From: the human T2T-CHM13v2.0 reference genome, Homo sapiens
NCBI RefSeq assembly: GCF_009914755.1
Contig: NC_060930.1
Length of the DNA: 64,000 bases
Reading direction: 5' to 3' (one strand)
The notes beneath the pieces are model-generated. The model did no database searches. It was not told the origin of the DNA and saw nothing but the letters and a program-made list of their open reading frames with translations. Below, piece after piece: positions 43,101 to 55,007 of the stretch (position 1 is its first letter; each line of letters starts with the position of its first letter). Position numbers and translations under genes: made by a program.

Positions 43101-44380
43101 CAGAAAGGGCAGGGTGGCTCAGGCTGGTGAAGCAGAACAGGTGTCTCTAAATTCCTGAAGATCTCTCTGGTCATGAAGCAGAGAGGGCCTCCCCACACAA
43201 GAATCTCTGCACAGGCAGGGTGGGGCAGCTCAGGCTGCTGATCCGGGTGAGTGGGTGCCCCTGAATGTCTGGAGATCTGCTCAGGAGTGGAGTGGAGAGG
43301 GCTTTCGCTGCATAAGGTCTCTGCACAGGAGGGATGGGACAACTCAGGCTTCTGGATCAGGCAAGCAGGTACTCTGAATGCCTGGAGGGCTGTGTGCCTG
43401 GGTGTGTAGCATAGCGGTGCCCCCTGAACTAGAATCTCTGCACAGGAAGTGTGGGGCACCTCAGACTGCTGGTCTAGGTGAGTGTGTGCTGCAAATCCCT
43501 GGAGATCTGCATGGACATGGAGCAGAGAGGTCCTCACTGTACCATAATCCATGCCCAGGAAAGATGGTGCAGCTAAAGCTGCTGAGCCAGGCAAATAAGT
43601 GTTTTGAATGCCAGGAAATCTGCCTGGGCATAGAGTGGAGAGGGCCCTGCGGCACCATGATCTCAGGGGAGCAGCCTGGGACACCCAGAAATGGCACACA
43701 CAGATCAGTTCCAGGTCCCCAAGCTGCTCTTGGCTGCAAGTCTTGCTGCTTGGGAGAAATTGCAGCTGTAGCAGCTCTCCTCCGGCCCCAGGCTTGTGAT
43801 AGGAAAGAACACAATTCAAAAACCTACTGCTGGGACACTTTCCACACTCCTGGTTGTGGAAGCCCCTATGCTGCTCCATAGCAGGCGCTCCAATCTCTGG
43901 CCTGAGATTAAAATGCCTGCATGACCATGCTGTTGGGTCAGCTAAGAGTGGCTGAATTTGTATGTTCCCAAATTAAAAATGGCATCCTCTCAGTCCCAGG
44001 TCTGGGAAAAGACCATGTCTTTCTCTCACAGCATCTCCAAGTCTCTCCCCAAGTTAGCTCCAGGGCCTGGGAGAAACAAAGTGCTCTTTCTTGGCCTGGG
44101 TTGCTCAGATCTCTGGGGGAAAGATAGCGCACAGAGGGAGGCTCTCTGCCTCTCTCACATACTTGGGCTTCACTGACTTTTATCAGCCAGACACCATCAC
44201 AGAGGCTGTTTGCTAGCATTCTCCTCCCTGGGATCTGGGGTGTCCTTCATGATTCTGGTGGGTTTCTGTTTTCCTTCTTGAATTAAAACTCATAAAGTTG
44301 CTTTTTATCTACTATATTGCTATTTCCAAGGGGCTGAGTCATGCCGAAAGCTTCTAATCTGCCATCTTGGGAAAAAACCC
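37150..44380 (-). mobile_element. Full-length inactivated LINE-1, L1PA15/16-like
   Basis: Minus-strand ORF2 remnants ([39 protein letters not shown]); 3' end gatcccatcacccaggtactcagc; 5' start CCCAAGATGGCAGATTAGAAGC; long repeat-bearing 5'UTR; embedded in an older L1M remnant. Confidence 0.88.
42690..43700 (-). repeat. Diverged ~113-bp tandem repeat (about 9 units) in the L1 5'UTR
   Basis: Core ggagatctgcctgggtgtggagc recurs near 42706, 42818, 42932, 43046, 43157, 43271, 43384, 43501, 43614. Confidence 0.85.
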
Positions 44381-46729
44381 AATCAAGTTGATATATGCAG
44401 CTGCAGTTCATTCATTTTCACTGCTGTGCCATATCTATTACAAGATTTCTTCCACAATTTATATGTGTAATGTTATCCTCTTTTTTTGCTATTACTCAAC
44501 GATGCTATGAACATTTTCATAAATATCTCTTTGAATACATAAATAAGAGATTCTTCAGTTTTCATCTCTGTTTAATATAACCAAACTACTCTTCAAAATG
44601 CATGTGGCAATTTACATTTCCACTAGGCTTCAGATCTTATCCAACACTGGGTATTGTCAACAATAGATATACTTTTGTTAATCTGATGTGTATTTTTTAA
44701 ATTTTAATTTTTTTACTAGCATCTTTTTTCATAGTACTTACTGGATTTTAGCTATTGGATTCTATCCAAATCCATCACTTGGTTCTGCTATATTTGTAGA
44801 ACTTATTCCTTATTTCTGCAGAGTAATCCTTTGTTGGATATCACAGTTGTAAATGCATACTCCAAACTGTAGATTTTTCAAAACTTTGTTCATAGCATGT
44901 TTTTTATTTCTGGCTGAATAAAGGTTCTTAAAATTCATATACTCCAATTTATCTATGGTGAAATCCTCTTCAGTCATGAGTCATGAGCATATTCTCTTAA
45001 ATTTTCTTTCAACAATATTAAGTTCCTTATACAACTTTCTTCTTTTAACTTATTCATATATCCTCAATAAATGTTACATTTAATTTCCTAATACTTTATT
45101 TAAATTTTCCTCTCTGGGTTCACAACAAGATTTGTCCATGTAGTTGACTTTTCTTGTACTATCTTTTTTGGCTTTGATAATAAGCATAAATTAATCTAAT
45201 AGAACCAGTTGGATAATGTTCATTTCTTTCACAATATATACATAGTAGAAGTTATTTGTTCCTTGAAAGCTTTATAAAGCTCACTTATTAAATTTTCTAG
45301 CCTTAATGTTGGAGAAAGGGGTCGGGACACTCTAGAATACTGAAATAATAGCTTTAATTGTGCCAAGGTTTAATAGTTATTATTTTTTAAGTTTTCTATT
45401 CCTTCCCAACATAATTTTTGGTAATTCTTCTATAAATTATGCATTGTATCTAAATATTAAAATGTATTGGATGAAAGTTATTAATAATATTCATAAATGA
45501 TTTCAAAAGTTGCCATTGGATCTATAATCATGTCCTATTATCATTTCATTTGTTATTTATTTATATCTTTTTTCCACTTTATCAGTCTTGTAAAAAGAAC
45601 CAGATTTTAGTTCCTGATACTATTGTTCCTTTGTTTTCATTTTATGAATTTTTGCTTTTACATATGTAACATCCTTTCTTCTTTCTTTCAGCTTATTCCA
45701 CTCTTTTTCTATTTTCTTGAATTAAATCTATATTCATTTAATTTCCAAGCACTTTTATTTTCCAATAAATTCATTTATCTTTCCCTTTACATATTACTTA
45801 TTAAACAGTTTTATTTTCAGTCTCATTTTAGAGAGGGAGGATCTTGTTTTCTTTCTCCCTTTACCACTGTGTCACCATGTCTTCTTATGTGATAGTTTGC
45901 CACTTCCTCCACTAAAGTCAAGACCCAGCTTATTCAATGTCAGTCTGAGGCTTCTGCTCCAAGGTATGATTAGGAATTTGCAGATCCAGACATGAAGACA
46001 GAAGGTGGCTCTGCTCATTACCTGGTCTCAAGAGACCACAGTTTTCTATAGAGCCACAGCCCCTGGCAGGAGGCTAACAAGAGGGGACAAATGTTTTTCT
46101 TTTCTTTTTTTTTTTTTTAAGTGTGGTTTTCCAGAAAATAAAGATAGTTCCATTCCAGGAACAATCAAGAATACAGTAAAATCTGAAATAATTTATATTT
46201 ACCTTTCTGATAAATTATTGGTAATAATATTCAAAAGGTTAAGAAAACTACTTATTCCTTCTTATGAAAAATTGATATACAAAAACCTTTACATAAAAGA
46301 GAAAGAACTTGAGGGGAAATAACCCATACGAAATGGTAAAATATTTGCCTTAATGATTCCTGTTATGCTTCTCCAATATTCTGTAGATATCTGTTGATCA
46401 TTAACCACTTGAGCGGGATGACAGGGCATAAAAAAGAGAGCTAGAGCTCGAATCCACTGCCAATTGAAAATAGCCACTGACTTTGGGTGCCTGTGATTGC
46501 AAATTTTTTTAAAAGTGATTTCTAATAGTAAGGGACACGTCATTTACTTGATAAGCTAAAATATCCTTTAAACCACAATGTATGTGAATGAGGAAATAAA
46601 ATGTTTTCTTTAGAAAAACAACATTTAAATATAAATCTTTAGGTTATGGCTATGCAAAGGATGCCAACAGAAATACAGAAAATAAGGATCAGTATAATTG
46701 AGAAAGCCGGGGTGTGAAAAGGACATCTG

Positions 46730-46733
<4 letters not shown>

Positions 46734-46761
<28 letters not shown>
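46734..46761 (+). repeat. A28 homopolymer
   Basis: directly visible. Confidence 0.9.
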
Positions 46762-46762
<1 letters not shown>

Positions 46763-47110
46763 ACAAATGCTGCGTATTCTCACTTATACGTGGAATCTAG
46801 AACAACTAAATTCATGGAAGCAGAGAGTAGAATGGTGGTTCCTAAAGACTGAGTAGGAGGGGAACAGGAGGACGTTGATCAAAAGATACCCAGTTTCATT
46901 TTAGGAAGGAATGATAATTTTTGTGTGTGTGATCTATTGTGCAACATGGTGGCTATAGTTATTAATAATGTACTGTGTATTTCGAAATCACTGAGTAAAT
47001 TTCAAATATTCTCCCACAAAAAATGATAAATATTTGAGGTGATGGATATGTTAATTACCTTGATTTAATCATTCCACATTTTGTACAAGTATCATAATAT
47101 CACATTGTAC
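46758..47110 (+). mobile_element. L1MA 3'-end fragment
   Basis: aaagacaaatgctgcgtattctcacttatacgtggaatc...gaggtgatggatatgttaattaccttgatt. Confidence 0.75.
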
Positions 47111-47114
47111 TCCA

Positions 47115-47218
47115 TAGTACATAGTATAGTAAAAATACAGTATTATAATCTTCTGGTACCACTGTCGTATATGTCATTGGTTGTTGGTCGAAATGTTATT
47201 ATAGGGTACATGATTGTA
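47115..47218 (+). mobile_element. Tigger3/MER7-type DNA transposon terminal fragment
   Basis: gtaaaaatacagtattataatcttctggtaccactgtcgtatatg...gtcgaaatgttattatagggtacatgattg followed by TA. Confidence 0.65.
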
Positions 47219-48283
47219 TATTGTGGCCCATCACTCAGGTTACTCCTACAAGACGATGTTACAACTGCAAGATCTGCCTTTCCTGTCATTTAATTTTTCT
47301 TTGATATGTTCATTCTCTTTATCTTTTGTGGTAGGTTCAGTAAGAATCCCTTGGCTTAATTTCTACCGTATTGATTTTTCTATTTGGCTTTTTAAATATA
47401 TGATTTCAGTCTTTTATTATTGAAAATTTCAGATGTATGTTAAAATAGAAAGAAATAGTAAAACCCATGTACTTATCATTAAATATCTTCAACAGTTATG
47501 AACAAGCGACCCATTTTGTTTCATCTACCAGCACTGAATTGATTTAGCTTTAATTTTTATGATCTCTGTTTAATTATTTTTTATGAGTTAAATGTTTCTT
47601 GCAGCATTCTGGGTTTTTCAGATATTCATAATGTGTTTACTGTACTTAAATATGTCGGCCCCCTTTTACTGTATTCTTAAATGTTTGATGATTCTTGATT
47701 GTGCTCTTCATTTTATGGCTGAAATTTCTGATTAGATTGTCTGCTGCATATTTGCATAACCCAGGTAAGGGTTAAGGATTCTAATGAGCTGCTGGAATTT
47801 GTGCAGCAGTGTGTTTGAGAGATGTTCTTGAGGGTGCAGAATGTGCTACTGGACCAAGCGCATCAGCAGCAGGTCTCCTGGATGTGAGTACACTCCACTT
47901 CTCAGTCTTGCCAACCACTTGGAATTCTGCCTTATTTCTCAGACCCAAACTCCCACATGCTAGTGCCTGACGATGCAGACATCCTGGCTGGCCAAGAAGT
48001 AACATACTGGGAGTCTGTTTCCTAGATGCTCTTGCTATGATACCCAATTAATTACCCTGAGGATGACCACTGCCTCTGTCTCCTCAGCATCCACCTCCTC
48101 TCCAGCATCTGCTCCCATTATCTGCCTAATGCTGCTCTGCTTCAATTTGCTTTCTATATTTCAGGCATTCCCCCTAGGTTCTAGTCAGTGAGATGTTCCC
48201 TTTCTGTTGTTTTAATGTAGTTATGAATTTTAATGATTGACTTTCCTAGGTGCCATATGGGAGTTAATAAGAGTTTGGGCTCT

Positions 48284-48555
48284 GGCCCAGCATGGTGGCT
48301 CACACCCGTAATCCTTTGGGAGGCCGAGACAGGTGGATCACTTGAGGTCAGGTGTTTGAGACCAGCCTGGCCACCATGGTGAAACACTGTCTCTACTAAA
48401 AATACAAAATTAGCCTGGCGTGGTAGTGCACACCTGTAGTCCCAGCTACCCAGGAGGCTGAGGCACAAGAATAGCTTGAACCCGGGAGGCAGAGGTTGCA
48501 GTGAGCGATCATGCCAGTGTACTCCAGCCTAGGTGACAGAGCGAGACCCTGTCTC

Positions 48556-48583
<28 letters not shown>
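48284..48583 (+). mobile_element. AluS inserted into a MIR (~48260-48740)
   Basis: Full dimer + poly(A); TSD ~tttgggctct/tttgtgctct; MIR continues ggactcaggctgcgtgtgttgaatc. Confidence 0.9.
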
Positions 48584-48588
<5 letters not shown>

Positions 48589-48769
48589 TGCTCTGGACTC
48601 AGGCTGCGTGTGTTGAATCTTGGCTCTGCTGTTTCCTAGCAAAGCTTCTTGGTGCTTCATCCTTCATGCTCAGCAGCTGGAACACTGAGCTTAACAATAG
48701 TAAATGCTTAATAAATGTTTCTTATTGTTATTATTATTTGGGGTGGACATTGCAATATGTGCTCTTTAT

Positions 48770-48960
48770 GTGACCACTGTGCTACTTATCGCTTCTTATA
48801 TGACCTTAGGCAAGTTACTCAACATCTTTTATCCTCATATTTTAATTAGCAGATGGAGATAACAATACGTGTCTTACTAGGTTAGATGACCATGAAGACT
48901 AGAAATAATGTGTTTAATTGAGCAAGCATCTCCACAATTTTTCAGTAAATTATAGTTCTT
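48770..48960 (+). mobile_element. MIR fragment
   Basis: tgaccttaggcaagttactcaacatc...gatggagataacaatac. Confidence 0.6.
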
Positions 48961-51303
48961 ATACTAAATAGAGATCCTATTCTGGCTCAGATGACTAATC
49001 TTTTGGAAAACACAACTGTCCCTGCATTGACCTATGACCAGTCATGATCATCAGATGGGAAGATTATTCTGTTAGATGAGCGCATTATCATTTAATGCTG
49101 CATGTATCAGTTTATTTGCCCAACTGGAACAGCTTTCCTATCATTATTGTGGGGTATTTAAGACTGGCACAGTTTCCACCACTGTCAGATAGGGTATTAC
49201 TCTGCTTTAGCTGTGTCAGCTCAAAGTACTGGGACTCAGGCTGCCACAGTGAAATTAAATGGTAGCCTGGAACTATAACCTATAAATTAACGTAATCTGT
49301 GTATTCACAAAAAATAAATAGTAGGAGGTATAGCTTTAAGGCAATACATTTCTAGGTCTCTAATTTCATTTGTATGCTTCCTTCACGTAATTTGCGTGAG
49401 GACCCAAGAAACTCTGATGGAACTGAAGCCAATGTCGTCCCTCCTTTTCTTTCACTATTACCCCTCTCTTTGTGATTGTCCACTTTTCTTTTTCTTTTTT
49501 TTTTTTTTTAACGAAAGTACATCTAGAGGTATATATGTCTAAGAAGTTAAATGGACATTTGGAAACAATGGTGCCTCTGGGTAACACCGTCTTGCCAATA
49601 AGGTAGTTATATGCTCTACTTTCAATAAAATTGAAGAAGAACCTAATCAACCCATTATCCAATGAATCATTGCAATTCTGTCAATGACAAATAACTATAT
49701 GATAGTTGGCATCTAAGGAGCATTTGAAAGAGTCGTGATTATATGATTAACTTGTTTTAGTATTTACATCTATGAAAATAAAAAGTTGAAATAGAATTGA
49801 TACTGAGCTCTATCCAGCAATAAACAATATTCATCCACGGATATGTGACTTAATGAAAACATGAAAAGCTCCATTCATCTCATTAAAAACTGCATTTCTG
49901 ACAACACTTTACTTTTGTCTTAGTAATTATCAACAGTTTAACATATTTTATATTAATTAAAAGGTTTATGTTAATAATTGCCATGAAAATGCAATCTAGG
50001 ATGAAATATTTACAACATAGAGACTCTTCATCATACAAAAATTGAAAACTTTTAAATTTCATCTTCATTCATTAAAAAAAATTTAGTCAATGTCTGCTCT
50101 GGACTGAGCCCTGTTTCAAATGATTAGAATTTAACAGCAACAAAACAGAAAACAAATTTCTGCCAGTATGGAGTCTGTATTCTGGTAGGTAAAGATGGAC
50201 AAAAAACAAATAAATGCATATATAACTTAATGGCAGAGATACAAAATTTTGTACCAGAAAAATATTATAGTGTGTTTAATAAGACTTTTAAGCATAAAAT
50301 ATGTTACATTTGGATAATATTCTGTGAAGAAAAATAGAATGAAAAACATGAGTCCAAGGGGTAAAAAAGAAATATTAAAATGAAAATCTTGATAATGCAT
50401 TTTAAAAATAGATGATGCTAAAGATCATATAGCTATATGATCATATATATATCATATGGCTTTATATTTATATTATATGATATTTGCTTCATACTTATAT
50501 TTATTATATTATATATAAATATATATATCTATCATATGGCTTTAGATTTCATTGGAATATTAAAAACAGTGATAGAACAGTGTCCTAAAATTATTTTATT
50601 TCATTTTTTACAATACACAGGAAATCTTACTCTTAAAAAAAAATGGAAAAAACTGGTCTTTGAGATACGTAAAAGAGAACATGTGAGCAAATATGAGGAC
50701 CACTGGACAGAATGCACAAATTCTCATCTTGTTAAGATGTTAACATCTTACCTTAGGAGGATGCTAAAGTATAAAGTAATGTGTAGACTCTATATTTTAT
50801 TAAATCAATCTCTCTTAGGTGATAAACATTACCTAAGCAATAGAGTATGAATTTATGTTAGTTTTTTCTAAATGTTTGCTTTATATTTTATGTCAAAACA
50901 AATAACTTGCATGAAAGTTGAACACCAAATGTCTCCTTAAGAACTCAGTGAAAGAGCAACTCTTTTAATGTTTCAAAAAAGCAATTTTAAAAAAGTGCAA
51001 GAAACAAAACCTGTGAACTTTGAATGTACTGATAAGTTATTGAGAAAAAAATTTGCTTTTATAATGTCATTACTATTTAGTTTGGAAATGACTCCCAGTG
51101 ATAACAGAAAATGCTTTGTATAAACAGAGTACACATTCCTCAGATTAAACAGCTTCTGAGACTTATGATGCTGACAGTAATAAAAGCTTGTAATAATATA
51201 TCTGTTATAATTCTGAACATCCAGTACTGTAATAAGCTGACTCTTTTGTTGCAGGTTTCTACTCAACCATGAGAAAACTATCATGAGTGAAGCGAGGAGG
51301 GCT

Positions 51304-51322
51304 TGTCTCCATCTAGTGGTCA
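51304..51322 (-). promoter_or_regulatory. Candidate CTCF site
   Basis: Minus strand TGACCACTAGATGGAGACA; core CCACTAGATGG matches, 3' part deviates. Confidence 0.35.
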
Positions 51323-51807
51323 GTATAATAATATTAAATATTACTATTATTCTAAAATCAAAATATGTACATGTTATTTTCTTAATTGTAGTGAGAAATG
51401 ATACTAATCATAATAGTACTGTTATTTTCTAATCACGTATATCAAACTTGACAAGTAAATAATCCGATAGAAGATACATAATCTTGAAGTAGACATATTG
51501 AAATACATAGTTTGAGTACACTGTCAAAAGTCTGTGAAGCTATTTCCCTGCTGCAAAAAAGAAAAAAGATGAGAACACAGGAGAGTAAGGATGGCCTCAA
51601 AATTTTATATTCTGACATATTTAAACTTTTTACAAAATCACCCAAGAGAAAAACGTTTGGCCTATCAGGGGAGAAGATCTTCTATAAACTACGGACTTAA
51701 TGTGTAAGCAACTCAGAACAGGGGTCCACCCAGAACAGGAAGAAATAAAAGTCTTTGTTTTCAATTAGGCCATTTATGGCACAATCAAAACTGTGCATAG
51801 TTTTTCA

Positions 51808-52160
51808 ATGGAACTCGTGGAGCTAGAGAGTAGAAGGACGGTTACCAGAGGAAGGGTAGTCAGGAGCTGAGAAGGAAGTTTGAAAGGCTAATGGGTACAA
51901 AAAATAGAAAGAATGAATAAGACCTAGTATTTGCTAGCACGACTGGATGAATATAGTAAAAACTAATTTAATTGTACATTTTAAAATAACTAAAAGAGTA
52001 TAATTGGATTGTTTGTACATAGAGGAAAAATGCTTGAGGTGATGGATACTCCATTTACCATGATGTGATTATGATGCATTGCATGCCTGTATCAAAATAT
52101 CTCATGTAAATCATAAATAGATACAACCACTATGTACCCGCAAAAATTAAAAATTAACAT
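51808..52160 (+). mobile_element. L1MA 3'-end fragment
   Basis: gaactcgtggagctagagagtagaagg...gaatgaataagacctagtatttg...ctatgtacccgcaaaaatt. Confidence 0.8.
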
Positions 52161-52974
52161 TTTACAAAACTGTATATAGTTTTGTTTTACAGCCTAGAAG
52201 TTGTTTGTTTCAAGGGCCTAAAATGTGTGGCAAAAGGGGTTTTTTTATACCTACTTAAAAATTTCAAAATATTGAAAATCAAGGCAACACCACCCCTTTA
52301 CTTTCGTTAGCAATAAAAATAGGTTGATCTCATGTTAATTTTTCCAGATTAGGTTTTTTTTTAATATCATGGTATATGAAAAGTCATCCTATTAGCCTCC
52401 ACAGATCTTTGGCCAGTTTTCCCTTGGCATCAATCACCAGGAGGAAAATACAGGAGATTAGTCAACAGAATAAATTAATGAGATTAGAGGTTTGCCTCAA
52501 ATTCAGAAAAGGACTTTATATTATGCAAAAAGGTAACATGGTGTGGAGTGATGATAGAGGCCAGTTAACATTAGCTCATTACATTAGTAATGGTGTCATA
52601 TACAGACTGTATGAGGCTTTTCATGTCATAAGAGTGTTTATTTTATAAGTTAAACTTGGCTTAAATAATTAAAAGATTTCTCACAACTAGGACAAGTTTC
52701 CAATGCCAACAGATCATGGCCAATGACTTCTATGATTTCTTCCTCCCTCTGGGAAACTGGAAACTGTTGCAACTTTGTTAGGAGAAAAATGTCTAGGCAT
52801 ATTTGGGAAAACCTTAAAAAGAGCAACTCCCGAAGACAAATATAATTTCTATTGATAAAGAGAAAAGGAGACAAACATCATGTATTTAATTGCCACAGAA
52901 CATTCTATTGTGAACATTGTTCTATTCACAACCTTGTGTATCCTTTTTCCTTGAATCTGGGCTTTCTCTATGAC

Positions 52975-53290
52975 TCTCTTGAAACCACTGAAATACTGAG
53001 GAAGTCATGCTGTGTGATATCTGAGCCTTGGTCAGAGAAGGTCTCAGAGATTCCATCTTCATCTCAGAGTGCTCTCCATGAGCCTTGAGCCACTAAGAAA
53101 GAAAGAATTCTCCAGTTGAGCATTAGGGCTTAGAACACAACCCACTGTATAAAAATCACATGGAGCACCAGCATCTCCCAGTCAAGCCCGGTGCAAATTC
53201 CTAACCCATGAAACTGTAAAATATAGTAAAACAATTGCTCTATGTCACTATGTTTGAGGGTTGTTATACCAAAGTAGTTAACCACAACAC
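52975..53290 (+). mobile_element. MLT1-family LTR fragment
   Basis: ccagtcaagcccggtgcaaattcctaacccatgaaactgtaa...cactatgtttgagggttgttat. Confidence 0.5.
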
Positions 53291-54165
53291 TTAACTTCCA
53301 TTTATTCACTTTCTAGGTCTCAATATAGATTTCACACCTTTTGAGAAGTCTTTTCGGACCCTATTGTCTGGGTTAGGTATCCCTCCGGGTACTGCCTTAT
53401 CCTAGCACTTTACATATGGTGCTATAATTGTCTGCTTATTTTGTTTGGGCTTAGTGAAAACAAAGATCATGTCTGAATTGATTATCACTCTACTCTCAAA
53501 AGCAACAATGCCTGGTAAATATGGTAGGCAATAAATAGACATGACCCATTGAATTACTGAATGTGTCTCTTATATAAGTAAACACTGATCTCTGGCTTCA
53601 CTAGGAAAAAGCCCCTCACCTGTTATACCATTTGACAATCAGCTTCCAATAAAGGCAGCCACACAAAATATATCTCACCAAATACATCTCAGCAGTGTGC
53701 CCTGCATAAGCCACTTGGCCACCTAAATTATTAAAATACATGGAGGATTGAGAAATAGATCTGGGCAGTGAGAAGTTCTTTTCCAAATATTTGTTTAATT
53801 CCATTGTTCTGGGTTTTGACCAATCAAAGTTTAAATAGATTTGGATCAGTGCTATGCTCATAGCTTTTATGGATAAGAAGAATATAAGGACTATGAAGAC
53901 TCATGATCTATTTTCTAAATGAAGACAAATGCCCTCTCTTATCCTATAAATAAGACATCTGTGAATTGGCAAATGCTAGCACAAACAAGTTCATTTTGTA
54001 ACAGTAAAACTGTCAAGAACACGTTTAAACTGAAAATACACAACTAGGAAAATTTTACAAGATGCAGATGTTGTGTAAGGTAATGAATCAAGCCAAATGA
54101 CCCAAAAGATGTAATGGGCAGAGATTTTTACAAAATGGATAAAAGATCAGAGCAAATGAAATACA

Positions 54166-54166
<1 letters not shown>

Positions 54167-54205
<39 letters not shown>
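54167..54205. repeat. (AC)19 microsatellite
   Basis: directly visible, uninterrupted. Confidence 0.95.
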
Positions 54206-54209
<4 letters not shown>

Positions 54210-54714
54210 AAAATGGCCCTCACTCTTATGTCACTTTGAGTTCCCAGAATCACCTGAAAAGTGAAATAAGCTTGGAGAAGCATCTGCTCTGATAAAGAAT
54301 CTCCAAGGAAAAGTCTAAAGGTACCCAGGTGCCGACTCTGTCCTTCTCAGATAAGAGCTTCAGCTGGTCTTCTAAACTCTTGGCGGTTCCTTATAATTTC
54401 TCCTAAGTCCTACCTCAGTGGTCTTCTATTACTTTGAGTCTTAGTAGCCACTCTGGGATAAATGGTATTATAGTTTCTGAGTTAAATGGATAAATGGTAT
54501 CAGAGCAGCTCCCAAACATTGCTTTCTCTGTTGCATTCTTTAGGGAATGAAATTCCAGTTTACTGTCAACCCATTTCAAGATTTATTTTTCTTACAACAT
54601 ATTCCTGTAGTCTCATGCATGTAGTCAAAACTCCTTAATTTAAAGCCAAGGCCTAGAAAGCTTAACTACATCACTCAGATTCACATAGCTAGTGTCAGCA
54701 GGAATTACCCGCTA

Positions 54715-55007
54715 TTTTTTTTTCTTTTTTTCTGAGACAGAGTCTCGCTCTGTCACCCGGGCTGGAGTGCAGTGGCATAATCTCGGCTCACTGCAACCTC
54801 CGACTTCCAGGTTCAAGGATTCACCTGCCTCAGCCTCCTGAGTAGCTAGGATTACAGGCCTGTGCCACCACACCCAGCTAACTTTTGCATTTTTTGTAGA
54901 GACAAGGTTTTGCCATGTTGGCCAGGCTGGTCTTGAGCTCCTGACCTCAGGTGATCCATCCGCCTCAGCCTCTCAAAGTGCTGGGATTACAGGCATGAGC
55001 CAACTGC
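54715..55007 (-). mobile_element. AluS (Sx-like), lacking the first few 5' bases
   Basis: poly(T)+gagacagagtctcgctctgtc...gacctcaggtgatcc...ggcatgagcca. Confidence 0.9.

Noticed and set aside
42690-43700. Regularly spaced repeat cores as a CRISPR-like array
   Set aside because: The sequences between cores are homologous to each other (a true tandem repeat), it lies inside a mammalian L1, and there are no cas genes.
47750-47770. Octamer ATTTGCAT next to a strong plus-strand donor CAG|GTAAGG
   Set aside because: No convincing paired acceptor or promoter; isolated short motifs are common.
50733-50750. 18-bp perfect palindrome TAAGATGTTAACATCTTA
   Set aside because: A 9-bp-arm palindrome is expected on the order of once by chance in 64 kb of AT-rich DNA.
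50437-50850. 137-aa ORF in AT-rich DNA
   Set aside because: It starts in a TA-rich low-complexity tract with I/Y/F bias, and has no splice or domain evidence.
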